DNA from: Promethearchaeia archaeon
GTDB taxonomy: Archaea > Asgardarchaeota > Lokiarchaeia > Sigyniarchaeales > SOKP01
Length of the DNA stretch: 64,000 bases
Assembly (NCBI GenBank): GCA_029856125.1
Contig: JAHQWJ010000107.1
Coordinates: 69,038-133,037 of the forward strand
Direction of reading: 5' to 3'
This document shows, piece after piece, positions 46,586-56,723 of this stretch. The notes beneath the pieces were generated by a model. That model saw nothing but the letters and a program-made list of their open reading frames with translations, made no database searches and was not told the DNA's origin. The position numbers were made by a program, and so were the translations under genes. Position 1 is the first letter of the stretch; each line of letters begins with the position of its first letter.

Positions 46586-47710
46586 TTATTCACTTAACAC
46601 CTCACCTAATTTTTCTACAGCTTCCATAACGTCTTGAAACGCTTCGATGCCCGTTTCTTTAAGTAAGGCAATTCCTTCTTTCTCTTTGGTTCCAGTTAAT
46701 CGAATAACCATTGGTGGAGCGTCTGAGAAACTGTTTAAAGCTTCAATAATTGCTTGAGCTACTATATCGCAACGCGTTATCCCTCCAAAAATGTTAACTA
46801 AAACCGCTCTTGGTTTTAATTTAAAGATTAACTCTAATGCTTGATATACTCTTTCTTTACTAGCACCCCCCCCAACATCTAAAAAATTCGCAGGTTGTAA
46901 TCCTAATTCAGATAATACATCTAATAAAGCCATAGTAAGCCCAGCTCCATTTGCTAAGATACCGATATCTCCCGATAATTCAACAAAAGAAAATCCGGCC
47001 TGTTTTGAAAGTTTTTCTAGTGCGGTTAATTTTTTTTGCTGCAATTTTTGAACAACTGGTTGCCTAAACGCAGCGTCATCGTCCAAAATCATCTTTCCAT
47101 CTACGGCTACTATTCCCGAAGGAGTTAATACAAGTGGGTTAATTTCTACAAGTTGTGCCTCTAACTTCAAAGCTATATCCCATAATTTCATGAATATTTG
47201 TGAAGCGGTATCAATTTGTTTGCCATTAAATCCCAATTGACGAGCGAATTTACCTGCTAACTCTTCAGATACCCCCTCTTGAAAGGAAAAACTCTCCTTT
47301 ATTATTGCTTCTGGTGTTATTTTAGCAACCTCTTCAATATCAATTCCCCCTTCTTTACTAGCAATTAGATAAAATTGTCTCCCAGAGGCATCTAAAGCTA
47401 TAGAACAATAATACTCGTGTTCTATTGTTACTAGTTCTTCAATAAGGATCGCTTCAACCTGAAACCCAGCTATATTCCTATTAAAATACTCATCACACAG
47501 CGAAATTGCCTCATTTGCGGATTTAGCAATTTTTATTAACCCCGCTTTTTTTCTGCTTCCAATAGCGATTTGTGATTTAACAATAGCTGGAAATGAAAAA
47601 CCCTTAACTTTTTCCTTAACATCTTCGCCCCTTAGAATTAACGTATTCTTAACTAAAGGAATATCAAATGTGCTAAAAATTTCCTTACTCTCGTATTCGA
47701 GCAATCTTAT
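46586..47710 (-). CDS. sucC: Succinyl-CoA synthetase beta subunit; probable ATA start at 47710
   Basis: (M)RLLEYESK, VKSQIAIGSRKKAG, EINPL, NGAGLTM, NFLDVGGG, NIFGGITRC; AAGGAGGT 7 nt before ATA. Confidence 0.92.
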   Translation of the reverse strand: MRLLEYESKEIFSTFDIPLVKNTLILRGEDVKEKVKGFSFPAIVKSQIAIGSRKKAGLIKIAKSANEAISLCDEYFNRNIAGFQVEAILIEELVTIEHEYYCSIALDASGRQFYLIASKEGGIDIEEVAKITPEAIIKESFSFQEGVSEELAGKFARQLGFNGKQIDTASQIFMKLWDIALKLEAQLVEINPLVLTPSGIVAVDGKMILDDDAAFRQPVVQKLQQKKLTALEKLSKQAGFSFVELSGDIGILANGAGLTMALLDVLSELGLQPANFLDVGGGASKERVYQALELIFKLKPRAVLVNIFGGITRCDIVAQAIIEALNSFSDAPPMVIRLTGTKEKEGIALLKETGIEAFQDVMEAVEKLGEVLSE

Positions 47711-47902
47711 GATAATAACCTCCTTGAAAGAAAATTTGGTTGAATCTCATAGAGAACAAGATTAAAATCGCTTAGTCGTTAATAAAACTTATTCTAATAA
47801 TATATAATTTGAAGAAATACTATTTTTTGTGTTTTTTGAGAGGTTATCTTAATATATAATAGAACGAATAAATTAATATCAAGATTAAACTCTGAAAAAA
47901 AG

Positions 47903-49327
47903 ATGAAAACTTCAAATAATGATGTGAATCAGGCTCAGCCTGAAGAACCAAGTCTGATAAAGATGATGATGTTTTCAACTGGATATTTTTTGAATACTTT
48001 TTTAATGATCGCTTTTAATAATTATGTCTGGACGTTCTATGAAGGAGAGCTTGGTTTAATAAGCATAGTATCTTTATGGCCAATATATATGGCAATTGCA
48101 AATACCATATACACAATATGGAGTATGTTGATTAACCCCGTTGTAGGATATCTTACAGATAAACCTTTCAAGTGGACCAAAAAGCGAGGGTTTCATACGC
48201 CATGGATTATTATTGGAGGGATTCCTACAATTGTCCTATTTTTCTTCTTATTTACACCTCCCCAAGTATCAGGGATTGAAAGTGTATTGCCCATTCTAAT
48301 ATATTATATAATTATCGTGTTAGTATATGATATGTCGTATTCTCTTCTTCAAACTCATTCTTTTGGTGCTTTTGCCGCACATTTTAGAGGAGATGCAACG
48401 CGTAGAAAAGGAGGAATATTGACTCAGATTTTTACATTCATAGCAAATTTCTTAGCAATTACAATCTGGTCACTAGTAATTGATCCTGGGAATCCCGTAT
48501 CGTTCACAATCGCTGCGTTTATTAGCATCATTGTACTCTTAATCTCATTTGTGGTATTTATACCTGGATCCAAAGAATCTAAAGTGATAAAAGAGAGATT
48601 TATCGGAGGGTATAACAACTCGGAAAAAATTTCCTTTTTTAAAACTATGAAAATGGGTATAAAACAGAAAAATTTCATGTTGGCTGTATTCTCTTATCTT
48701 ACATTCATGATTGGGTTTGGCCTTATGAGCATGAATACTGTCAACTTTGTTGATGATGTTCTACAAGAAGAGCAATACATAAGAAGTATAGGTTCAATTT
48801 TAATGCTTTTATCTTCTTTTCTAACAATGCCTATATGGGCTCGCTTAGCTAAAAAAATTGGACATTCGAACACTTATGCTATAGGTTTAGCTTCCTACGG
48901 AGTGAGTCTATTATTAAATCTCTTTATTGTGAATGCGTTTCAGTTCTATTTAACAAGCATTTTAAACGGCGTAGCAGGCTCTTTGTTTATGATTATGTTA
49001 TCGCCCGTTTTGGCTGATTGTTACGATGAAATCGCTGTGAAAACAAAAAAACATCACGAGACTACTTTGCTTGGTATTAGAAATTTTTTCGTTCGCACTT
49101 CTGTAATGGTTCAGAGTTTTATAATAGCAATTATTCACGCACTCACATTTTATAACCCAATAAATGCATCTCATCAGCTTAATGCTCTGGTAGGTCTTAG
49201 GGTAATTCAAGGATTAATTCCTTTCATTGTTTGCATTGTGGGTGCAATAATCTTTTATAAATGGTATGATCTGAAAGGTACTAAAAAACAAGAAGTTACT
49301 CGTAAACTTCGGGAATTAGGTTTATAA
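47903..49327 (+). CDS. MFS GPH-family transporter
   Basis: INPVVGYLTD, LAKKIGH, LADCYDE; about 12 TM. Confidence 0.85.
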   Translation: MKTSNNDVNQAQPEEPSLIKMMMFSTGYFLNTFLMIAFNNYVWTFYEGELGLISIVSLWPIYMAIANTIYTIWSMLINPVVGYLTDKPFKWTKKRGFHTPWIIIGGIPTIVLFFFLFTPPQVSGIESVLPILIYYIIIVLVYDMSYSLLQTHSFGAFAAHFRGDATRRKGGILTQIFTFIANFLAITIWSLVIDPGNPVSFTIAAFISIIVLLISFVVFIPGSKESKVIKERFIGGYNNSEKISFFKTMKMGIKQKNFMLAVFSYLTFMIGFGLMSMNTVNFVDDVLQEEQYIRSIGSILMLLSSFLTMPIWARLAKKIGHSNTYAIGLASYGVSLLLNLFIVNAFQFYLTSILNGVAGSLFMIMLSPVLADCYDEIAVKTKKHHETTLLGIRNFFVRTSVMVQSFIIAIIHALTFYNPINASHQLNALVGLRVIQGLIPFIVCIVGAIIFYKWYDLKGTKKQEVTRKLRELGL

Positions 49328-49400
49328 TGTGTATCGAAATTGTATATGAGAAAATAAACCGATGGTAAAAATTATAGATGATCTGAATTCTTTAAGATTA

Positions 49401-50891
49401 TTAGAAAAACAAATTGATTAAGTAAATTGCTAGAAATACAATAAAGAAAAACAATCCACTAACGAGTAAGGGTTTATTGTATGTTCGATATTTTTCGTTA
49501 TCGATACATACTAACTTTGCTCGTTTATCTTCTATACGAGTTTTAAAATTTTTGGTCCTACGCCATTCCATTTTACCAATAGCGAGTTTATCATTATATC
49601 CCTCTAAAGGGCCAATTTCGCATTTCATAATAATTCCCGAAATGTGTTTTTTTTTTCGAATGATATTAGCCCCAGAAGTGAAATTACCCGCCGAAAAAAC
49701 CACTAATTTACAATATGGAATAGATTTATTGCCAATTTTAATATCATCTCGAACCTTCATGATTGGCTGAAGAACATGGGGGTGATGAGCAAAAATTAAA
49801 TCCCATTTGTATTCTTGATTTGCATAAACTTTTCTTTTTTTGGAGTAGAATTTTTTGAGCCATTTAGGTTCTTTTTCTATCCCTGTTAGTAGTGCTTTTG
49901 CATCGTCTTGGAATCTAGTTCGAACATACTTTTCATTTTCGAACCCCCAATGAGGATATAAGATGTTAAATCTATAATTTTGTAGAAAACTAAAAATATA
50001 ATCGTCATCGCCAGTATTTTTCTTATTTTTAGCGATAGGTTTATTATATTTGAAAGTATAGTGCCATGTTTTTTGATTGCTCCATTGTGTAGCACACGAT
50101 ATTAATAGATCGTTGTTATCAGTATGTATAGATGAAACATCCTTTCGTCCGTATACATCGAATATCGGATTTTTCTGAATTGTTCGTAGCGTCTCATCAA
50201 ACATCTTACTACTAAAGTCTTCACTATGATTATTGCTTAGACTTAATAACCATTTCTTTTCTTTTTTTTCCTTGGGGAAAATTTCTTCTAATTCTTCGAG
50301 AATTTTTTCTGTATGGGCTTGTTTTAAAATCGGGCATTTCTCAGAAAATACTCCTTCTAAGTTACCAATTATCATATGAGTGTCCTCAAAAAATTTTTTC
50401 ACATCAGGATGGAATCTAAGATTATAATCATTCATTTTCATAATATCTCCCACAAACCCTATTTTATATATTGGCTCGGTTATATCATTTATGGAAGTTG
50501 TATATTCATCCGCTTGACGCCTAAAAACGTAAGGTCCTGGCAAATAAATCACTCCTTTCTTAATTTTATATCTAAACCCTCTCAGAAATTCCCTCCCAAC
50601 GCTTAAAAGAAGGATGGCCGCTATAAATGAGAAGAAATAGCCCAAAATTCCAATAAACGAGTTCTCGAAGATGCCAAATATAAATAATAGAGGTAGTAAC
50701 AACACTACGATTCCCGGCAACGCTAGATGTTTAATAAAATAATAGAAAGTTTCTCCTCCCTCGTAGGGACTAAATCCCATTTTATCAGCTTCTTTAACCT
50801 CCCTATCCTCCTCGATTATGTCATCTGGTTCGTCATAAAAACCATTTAATGATTCGCCAGTATCCGTTTTTAAATCTATTTTCACAGTCAT
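49401..50891 (-). CDS. Membrane-anchored CapA-family metallophosphoesterase
   Basis: VGDIM, GNLEG, SNNHSEDF, PHWGFE, AHHPHVLQP, SAGNF; two N-terminal and one C-terminal TM. Confidence 0.75.
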   Translation of the reverse strand: MTVKIDLKTDTGESLNGFYDEPDDIIEEDREVKEADKMGFSPYEGGETFYYFIKHLALPGIVVLLLPLLFIFGIFENSFIGILGYFFSFIAAILLLSVGREFLRGFRYKIKKGVIYLPGPYVFRRQADEYTTSINDITEPIYKIGFVGDIMKMNDYNLRFHPDVKKFFEDTHMIIGNLEGVFSEKCPILKQAHTEKILEELEEIFPKEKKEKKWLLSLSNNHSEDFSSKMFDETLRTIQKNPIFDVYGRKDVSSIHTDNNDLLISCATQWSNQKTWHYTFKYNKPIAKNKKNTGDDDYIFSFLQNYRFNILYPHWGFENEKYVRTRFQDDAKALLTGIEKEPKWLKKFYSKKRKVYANQEYKWDLIFAHHPHVLQPIMKVRDDIKIGNKSIPYCKLVVFSAGNFTSGANIIRKKKHISGIIMKCEIGPLEGYNDKLAIGKMEWRRTKNFKTRIEDKRAKLVCIDNEKYRTYNKPLLVSGLFFFIVFLAIYLINLFF

Positions 50892-51121
50892 TTCCAAACC
50901 TCTATTTTCTTAACAAATATCGTTGAATTTATTTTTAATTTTTAGTTGATATCCATTGGATAGGTAGTTATACTTCCAGCTTGCTTAAAAATCTTACTTT
51001 TTTGTAAATAGGCAAAAAACCATGAGAAATCTATGAGTATTGAAGAAATGCATAAAATGGGAAAATTATAAAAAACCTAAACCTATTTTTTAGATAATAA
51101 TATTTTTTAAAGCATGTTCTA

Positions 51122-51589
51122 ATGAAAGTCAATGTGATATATGAGGAAACTCTTCAGATCTCTGTTGTTAAAGCTTTCGAACTCGCAGTGCAATGGTTAA
51201 ATAGTCAACATAAGGCAAAAATTAAAAAATCTACACCTCCTACTTTCATCGAAGCTAAACAGGGGACTATGATGACGAATACCGGTCACGATCCAAATTG
51301 GAAAAAACGTATTCGGATTAATCTATACGATTTAAATAATGGTAAAACTCTGATACGAGTAGAAGCAAGTCCTCTCTCTCGAAATATTTTGAGGGTTGAA
51401 AAACTAAAAAAGTCGTGGTTTGACGGTCTATTTTCCCACCTTTTTATGTTACTTAGGACAATAGAAGAATCTACACCTCCAGCGGTTCTTTCAACAAATA
51501 AGGACGCTAAATTAATATGTTATAATTGTGGAAATAAGATTGATAAAGAAACCAAAATTTGTCCGAATTGTGGAATTGATGTAGCTTAA
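51122..51589 (+). CDS. Hypothetical protein with C-terminal zinc ribbon
   Basis: CYNCG...CPNCG at C-terminus. Confidence 0.7.
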   Translation: MKVNVIYEETLQISVVKAFELAVQWLNSQHKAKIKKSTPPTFIEAKQGTMMTNTGHDPNWKKRIRINLYDLNNGKTLIRVEASPLSRNILRVEKLKKSWFDGLFSHLFMLLRTIEESTPPAVLSTNKDAKLICYNCGNKIDKETKICPNCGIDVA

Positions 51590-51610
51590 AGAGAATATAA
51601 CTGCTTGTTG

Positions 51611-52900
51611 TTAACCAAATTTTCTTAAATCTTCTTTAAGTTGATCCCGAAAGTCAGGATGAGCTATTTTTATCAAACTTTGAGCCCGTTGACGAACAGT
51701 TTTCCCTCTTAAATCAGCAATTCCATACTCAGTTACAATATAATGCACATCGTTACGAGATGTCGTGACACAAGCTCCCTCATAAAGTTGGGACACTATT
51801 CGAGATGTTGTCTTCAGTTTGTTTGTTGATGGAAGTGCGATTATAGACTTTCCCCCTTTAGAAATACTTGAAGCGCGTACAAAATCGACTTGCCCCCCTA
51901 CCCCAGAGAATTGCTGGTATCCCATAGTATCGGCACAAACTTGCCCATATAAATCTACTTGTATAGCAGAATTGATTGAAATGAGTCTCTCAACTTGGCC
52001 AGCTATAGTGATTTTATTAGTATAATCAACGGGGAGCATTACGACATCCGGATTGTTATCAACAAAATCATAAAGTCTTTTGGTCCCCATTAAAAAAGTT
52101 GCGGTAAACTTCCCAGGATTAAGATTATTATATTTATTAGTAATAGCGCCCTTTTCGTAAAGATCAACAACACCATCAGAAAACATTTCAGAATGTATAC
52201 CAAGATCTTTTTTTTCAGTTAGAAATTTTAGTACCGCATCGGGAATTGCGCCAATACCTAATTGGAGATTGGATCTATCTGGTATTAATGAAGCGACATA
52301 AGATCCAATCTTTTCTTCTATTTCCGAGATTTTTGGAAGAGGTATCTCAAGTAATTTGTGATTCGTTTCAACAAGAAAATCTATTTGAGTAATATGGATA
52401 CTAGATCCTTCTGTTCTTGGCATCTGTTTGTTCACCTCAGCTAAAACAATTTTAGCAGACTCTGCCGCTGCCTTGGTGTAGTCAACCGACACCCCAAAAC
52501 TTAGGTTACCATTTTGATCTGGGGGTGACAGCTGGATCAGAGCAACATCTACGGGTAGGATCTTTTCCTTTAACAATCGGGGTATCTCTGAAAAAAATAC
52601 AGGTGTATAATCGGACCTTCCTTCATGAATTGATTTTCGAGTCTTAACCCCAGCAAATAACGAGTTATGTTTGAAATGTTTTTCCATTCCCTTTTGACAA
52701 TACTTCGCCTCACCTAAGGGAACCATATGGACAATCTCTACATTTTCAAGTCGATCTTTTTGTCTTACAAGCTCATTTACTAATATTGTAGGCTCTCCCG
52801 CTGCGTGGCCAAAAATAACACGGTTACCCGATTTAATATGTCTAATAACTTCCTCTTTAGATTTTATTTTAATTTTATATTCCTTTTTCCAATCTCCCAA
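51611..52900 (-). CDS. Acetyl-CoA hydrolase/transferase family (4-hydroxybutyrate CoA-transferase-like)
   Basis: LQLGIGAIP, HSEMFSDG, INSAIQVDLYGQ, SGVGGQVDF, VTEYG; TTG 52900 follows GGTGA (ORF extends to 52912). Confidence 0.88.
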   Translation of the reverse strand: MGDWKKEYKIKIKSKEEVIRHIKSGNRVIFGHAAGEPTILVNELVRQKDRLENVEIVHMVPLGEAKYCQKGMEKHFKHNSLFAGVKTRKSIHEGRSDYTPVFFSEIPRLLKEKILPVDVALIQLSPPDQNGNLSFGVSVDYTKAAAESAKIVLAEVNKQMPRTEGSSIHITQIDFLVETNHKLLEIPLPKISEIEEKIGSYVASLIPDRSNLQLGIGAIPDAVLKFLTEKKDLGIHSEMFSDGVVDLYEKGAITNKYNNLNPGKFTATFLMGTKRLYDFVDNNPDVVMLPVDYTNKITIAGQVERLISINSAIQVDLYGQVCADTMGYQQFSGVGGQVDFVRASSISKGGKSIIALPSTNKLKTTSRIVSQLYEGACVTTSRNDVHYIVTEYGIADLRGKTVRQRAQSLIKIAHPDFRDQLKEDLRKFG

Positions 52901-53028
52901 TTCCAATATCACCAGATTATTTTGCCTACTATTGATAATTTTATTATAAAGTATAAAAAAAGGTTTTTTAATTATAGAATACCGAAAGTAATTTAACCTA
53001 ATATGAAAACATCAAATTTTTGAAAATT

Positions 53029-54771
53029 ATGGTAAATATTGATATGAGAAAAGATGATATTTCGATAGTCCTCTGTGGTGCAGCGGGTCAAGGTGTTCAG
53101 ACCGTAGAAACTTTGCTTACTAAGACTCTGAAGAAATCTGGATTTTTTGTATTTGCAACTCGCGAATATATGAGTAGAGTTAGGGGTGGTGTTAATTCTA
53201 CAACTATTCGGGTTTCTTCTAAATCAGTACGTGCGTTTGTCGATCGAATTGATATATTGATTCCTCTCAGTGAGGAAGCACTCCCTCATCTAAAAGAGAG
53301 GATCTCACCTCAGACACTAATTATCGGAGAGAAAAGGTTTATTGAGGTTCTACCAAACCTCAAAGGCGAAAAAATTGAAATCCCGTTTGAGGAACTGTCT
53401 CAACATATTGGGGGCAAAATTTACTCTAATATAATTGCTCTTGGAGCTATTATGCGGCTATTTAAAGCAGATAACAAAGTGCTCCACGGTTTACTTTCTG
53501 AAAATTTTAAAAGCAAAGGAGAAACAATTATTGAAAACAATATTAAAGCTGCTAATAAAGGGTATGAGACCGCTGATGACTTATTGAAAAACCATATTTT
53601 TAAGGGAGAATTTGAAATTGATAGGGTTCCAGAAGTCGCTAATGATTACATCATAGACGGAAGGCAAGCAATAGGTCTAGGTGCGATTGCTGGAGGATGT
53701 AATTTTGCTTGTTTTTATCCGATGGCACCTTCGACGGGAATAGGCACCTTTTTAGCACAACACGCGCTTGAATTCGGTATGATTGTAGATCAGTCAGAAG
53801 ACGAAATAAGCGTAATCAATAAAGCACTTGGGGCATCTTACGCCGGTGCTCGAGTTTTTATATCAACCGCAGGAGGGGGTTTTTCCTTAATGTCCGAAGG
53901 AATCAGTTTGGCAGGTATGACGGAGTTACCACTTGTAGTGGTAGTAGGAATGCGACCTGGCCCCGCAACTGGAATGCCAACTAGAACCTGCCAAGAAGAT
54001 ATCGATCTTGTGTTATACGCTGGAGCCGGATTTTTTCCGAAAGTAATTTTTGCTCCCGGTTCTATTGAAGACGCTTTTAACCTTACTCAAAAAGCCTTTA
54101 ATATAACTCAAAAATATCACGTACCTGTATTCATTTTACCAGATCAATATCTCATCGACTCCTACTATAATATCAATACTCTAAATATAGACGCTCTCGA
54201 AATTAATAAGAACTTAATTAAAACTGATCCAAGCTACGAGAGGTATAGATTTACGGATAGTGGAATCTCTCCCCGAGGCGTTCCAGGTTATGGTAATGGA
54301 CTCGTCGATGCGGATTCTCACACTCATAACGAATGTGGCGAAATTACTGAGGATCCTATTATACGTAAAAGAACGGTTCAAAAACGATTTAAAAAGTTAG
54401 GTCTTCTAAGAAAAGCGGCAATACCACCCGAATTTATTGGAAGTAAAAATTTTAAGTATTTAATTATTAGCTGGGGGAGTAATTATTATTTAATTAAAGA
54501 AGCTTTAGAAAAACTTAGCAGAGACGATGTAGCGTTCTTATCCTTCAAACAAATTTATCCCGTTCACAGTAGCGTTTTCGAATATCTTATTAAAGCTGAA
54601 GTAAAAATAGCCATCGAACAAAATCCTACTGGTCAATTTGCGAAACTGTTAGAAAATGAAACTCACATCAACATGAATCATAGAATCTTAAAGCACAGTG
54701 GATACACCTTCTCTGTTGAAGAAATATTTGAAAAATTAAAAAAAATAATAGAGGGCGATGAAAATATCTAG
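53029..54771 (+). CDS. korA: 2-oxoacid:ferredoxin oxidoreductase alpha (gamma-alpha fused) subunit; start 53020-53044
   Basis: GAAGQGV, EYMSRVRGG, YPMAPST, SEDEIS, MRPGPATGMPT. Confidence 0.85.
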   Translation: MVNIDMRKDDISIVLCGAAGQGVQTVETLLTKTLKKSGFFVFATREYMSRVRGGVNSTTIRVSSKSVRAFVDRIDILIPLSEEALPHLKERISPQTLIIGEKRFIEVLPNLKGEKIEIPFEELSQHIGGKIYSNIIALGAIMRLFKADNKVLHGLLSENFKSKGETIIENNIKAANKGYETADDLLKNHIFKGEFEIDRVPEVANDYIIDGRQAIGLGAIAGGCNFACFYPMAPSTGIGTFLAQHALEFGMIVDQSEDEISVINKALGASYAGARVFISTAGGGFSLMSEGISLAGMTELPLVVVVGMRPGPATGMPTRTCQEDIDLVLYAGAGFFPKVIFAPGSIEDAFNLTQKAFNITQKYHVPVFILPDQYLIDSYYNINTLNIDALEINKNLIKTDPSYERYRFTDSGISPRGVPGYGNGLVDADSHTHNECGEITEDPIIRKRTVQKRFKKLGLLRKAAIPPEFIGSKNFKYLIISWGSNYYLIKEALEKLSRDDVAFLSFKQIYPVHSSVFEYLIKAEVKIAIEQNPTGQFAKLLENETHINMNHRILKHSGYTFSVEEIFEKLKKIIEGDENI

Positions 54772-55624
54772 TAAAAAATTCGATTTGGACGATGTAGAAA
54801 TATCGTGGTGCCCGGGATGCGGTAATTACAGCGCTTTAAAAGTAATGAAAGAAGCTTTAACAGACTTAGAGATCGAACCGCACGAATTAGTGTTAGTTTC
54901 AGGGATTGGACAAGCGGGAAAGTTTCCGCATTTCATAAAAGCTCAAAGCTATAACGGTTTACACGGTCGGTATCTATCTGCAGCATTGGGGATAAAAGCA
55001 TCTAATCCTGAGCTCATTGTAATAGCAGTAAGCGGTGATGGATGCACGTTAAGTGAAGGAGGCAATCATTTTCTCCATACAATTAGATATAATCCTGATA
55101 TCGTAAATGTTCTTCACAACAATCAAGTCTACGGTTTAACAAAAGGTCAAGCATCGCCGACGAGTCAATTAGGGTTTAAAACAAAAGTTCAAGTATTTGG
55201 TGTTATCAACGAACCTTTCAACGCTCTTGCGGTGGCTATTTCTCTTAACGCGTCCTTCGTAGCAAGAGCTTTTGTAGGTGATATAGACAAGACGAAAGAT
55301 ATATTAAAAGAAGCGATTAACCACAAAGGTTACGCGTTAGTCGATTTATTGTGCCCTTGCGTTACTTTTAATCGCGTAAATACCTTTCAATGGTACAAAG
55401 AAAACAGTTTTTACCTTGACGAAGCTCACGATCCCTTAGATCGAATGAAAGCCATGGAATTAGCGTTAGATACTAATAAACTCGCGTTAGGAATCTTGTA
55501 TAAAAATCCAAGCAGACGCCCGTACAGCGAAAATGTTCGCGTGTATAACGAGGATAAACGCCCTTTATATCAAAGAGATCTAGATAAGAAGAAATTCAAC
55601 CAATTACTTGAAAGCTTTAAATGA
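54758..55624 (+). CDS. korB: 2-oxoacid:ferredoxin oxidoreductase beta (TPP) subunit
   Basis: WCPGCGN, LHGR, SGDG...NNQVYGLTKGQASPT, PCVTFN. Confidence 0.87.
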   Translation: MKISSKKFDLDDVEISWCPGCGNYSALKVMKEALTDLEIEPHELVLVSGIGQAGKFPHFIKAQSYNGLHGRYLSAALGIKASNPELIVIAVSGDGCTLSEGGNHFLHTIRYNPDIVNVLHNNQVYGLTKGQASPTSQLGFKTKVQVFGVINEPFNALAVAISLNASFVARAFVGDIDKTKDILKEAINHKGYALVDLLCPCVTFNRVNTFQWYKENSFYLDEAHDPLDRMKAMELALDTNKLALGILYKNPSRRPYSENVRVYNEDKRPLYQRDLDKKKFNQLLESFK

Positions 55625-55700
55625 AGTTATTCTAGAAACATTTAAGTTTTACATTCTCTTTTTTTCAATTATTTCAAATTAAGAAATTGGGATAGCGAAT

Positions 55701-56603
55701 TTGAGTCATAAAAAAATTCCTGTAATTTTAGATACCGACATAGGGCTAGATATTGACGACACTTGGGCTTTAGGTTTATTGTTAAAATCTCCAGAATTAG
55801 ATGTTAAGTTAATTACAACCTCATCTGACAACACACCGTTGAAAGCAAAGCTAGTTGCTAAATTTCTCGAAAGAGTAGATCGAACAGATATTCCTATAGG
55901 GATTGGACCTCAAGAAAACAGAAAGAAAGGTTGGTTGTATTCTTGGATCAAAGATTTTGAAATTTCTCGATATTCCGGAACTATTCACGAAAACGGTACG
56001 GATGTTCTTTGTTCCGCGATAATAGAATCTCCTGAACCTTTGACACTCATCTCCATTGGACCCTTAGGAACTGTGGCGGGGGCACTTAAAACGAATCCTA
56101 AAATTACCAAGAATTCTCGTTTTGTAGGGATGCACGGTAGTATTCGTAACGGATATTGGGGCACAAATACTCCACATCGGGAGTATAATGTGAAAAAGAA
56201 CATTGAGGCGTGCAGAGAAGTTTTTCAAGCGCCTTGGGAGAAAACCATTACACCGTTGGATACGTGTAGAGATATCGTGCTCTCGGGAGAGCTATTAGAG
56301 CGCGTGAAGGAGTGTGATAATATTTCCGTTAATTTAATAAAAGAACATTTTGAGATATGGAAAAAAAATATCATACCTAAATTGATATTGTCAAAAAAAA
56401 ATAAAACTTCAGTCTTGTTTGACACAGTGGCTATTTATCTAGGTTTTTCCGAGGATTTACTGAATATTGAAGAACTAAAGATTGAAGTCACTGATAGCGG
56501 CTTAACTCAAATTAGTGAAGAAGGAACCTTAGTACGTTGCGCAACCTCGTGGAAAGATCTCGAAGGATTTAAAGAACTTCTAGTTGATCGTCTCACAAAT
56601 TAA
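55701..56603 (+). CDS. Nucleoside hydrolase (IU-NH family)
   Basis: ILDTDIGLDIDD, IGPL, EYN, PLD motifs. Confidence 0.85.
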   Translation: MSHKKIPVILDTDIGLDIDDTWALGLLLKSPELDVKLITTSSDNTPLKAKLVAKFLERVDRTDIPIGIGPQENRKKGWLYSWIKDFEISRYSGTIHENGTDVLCSAIIESPEPLTLISIGPLGTVAGALKTNPKITKNSRFVGMHGSIRNGYWGTNTPHREYNVKKNIEACREVFQAPWEKTITPLDTCRDIVLSGELLERVKECDNISVNLIKEHFEIWKKNIIPKLILSKKNKTSVLFDTVAIYLGFSEDLLNIEELKIEVTDSGLTQISEEGTLVRCATSWKDLEGFKELLVDRLTN

Positions 56604-56723
56604 TGAATTTTACTAATTTGCTAATTAATACTACCTTATACTAACTCCAATTGTTATCTAAGCGTATTTTTTTATAGATTATTAGTAAAATCTTTTTAAT
56701 CTATATAAGAATATTAAATTCTA

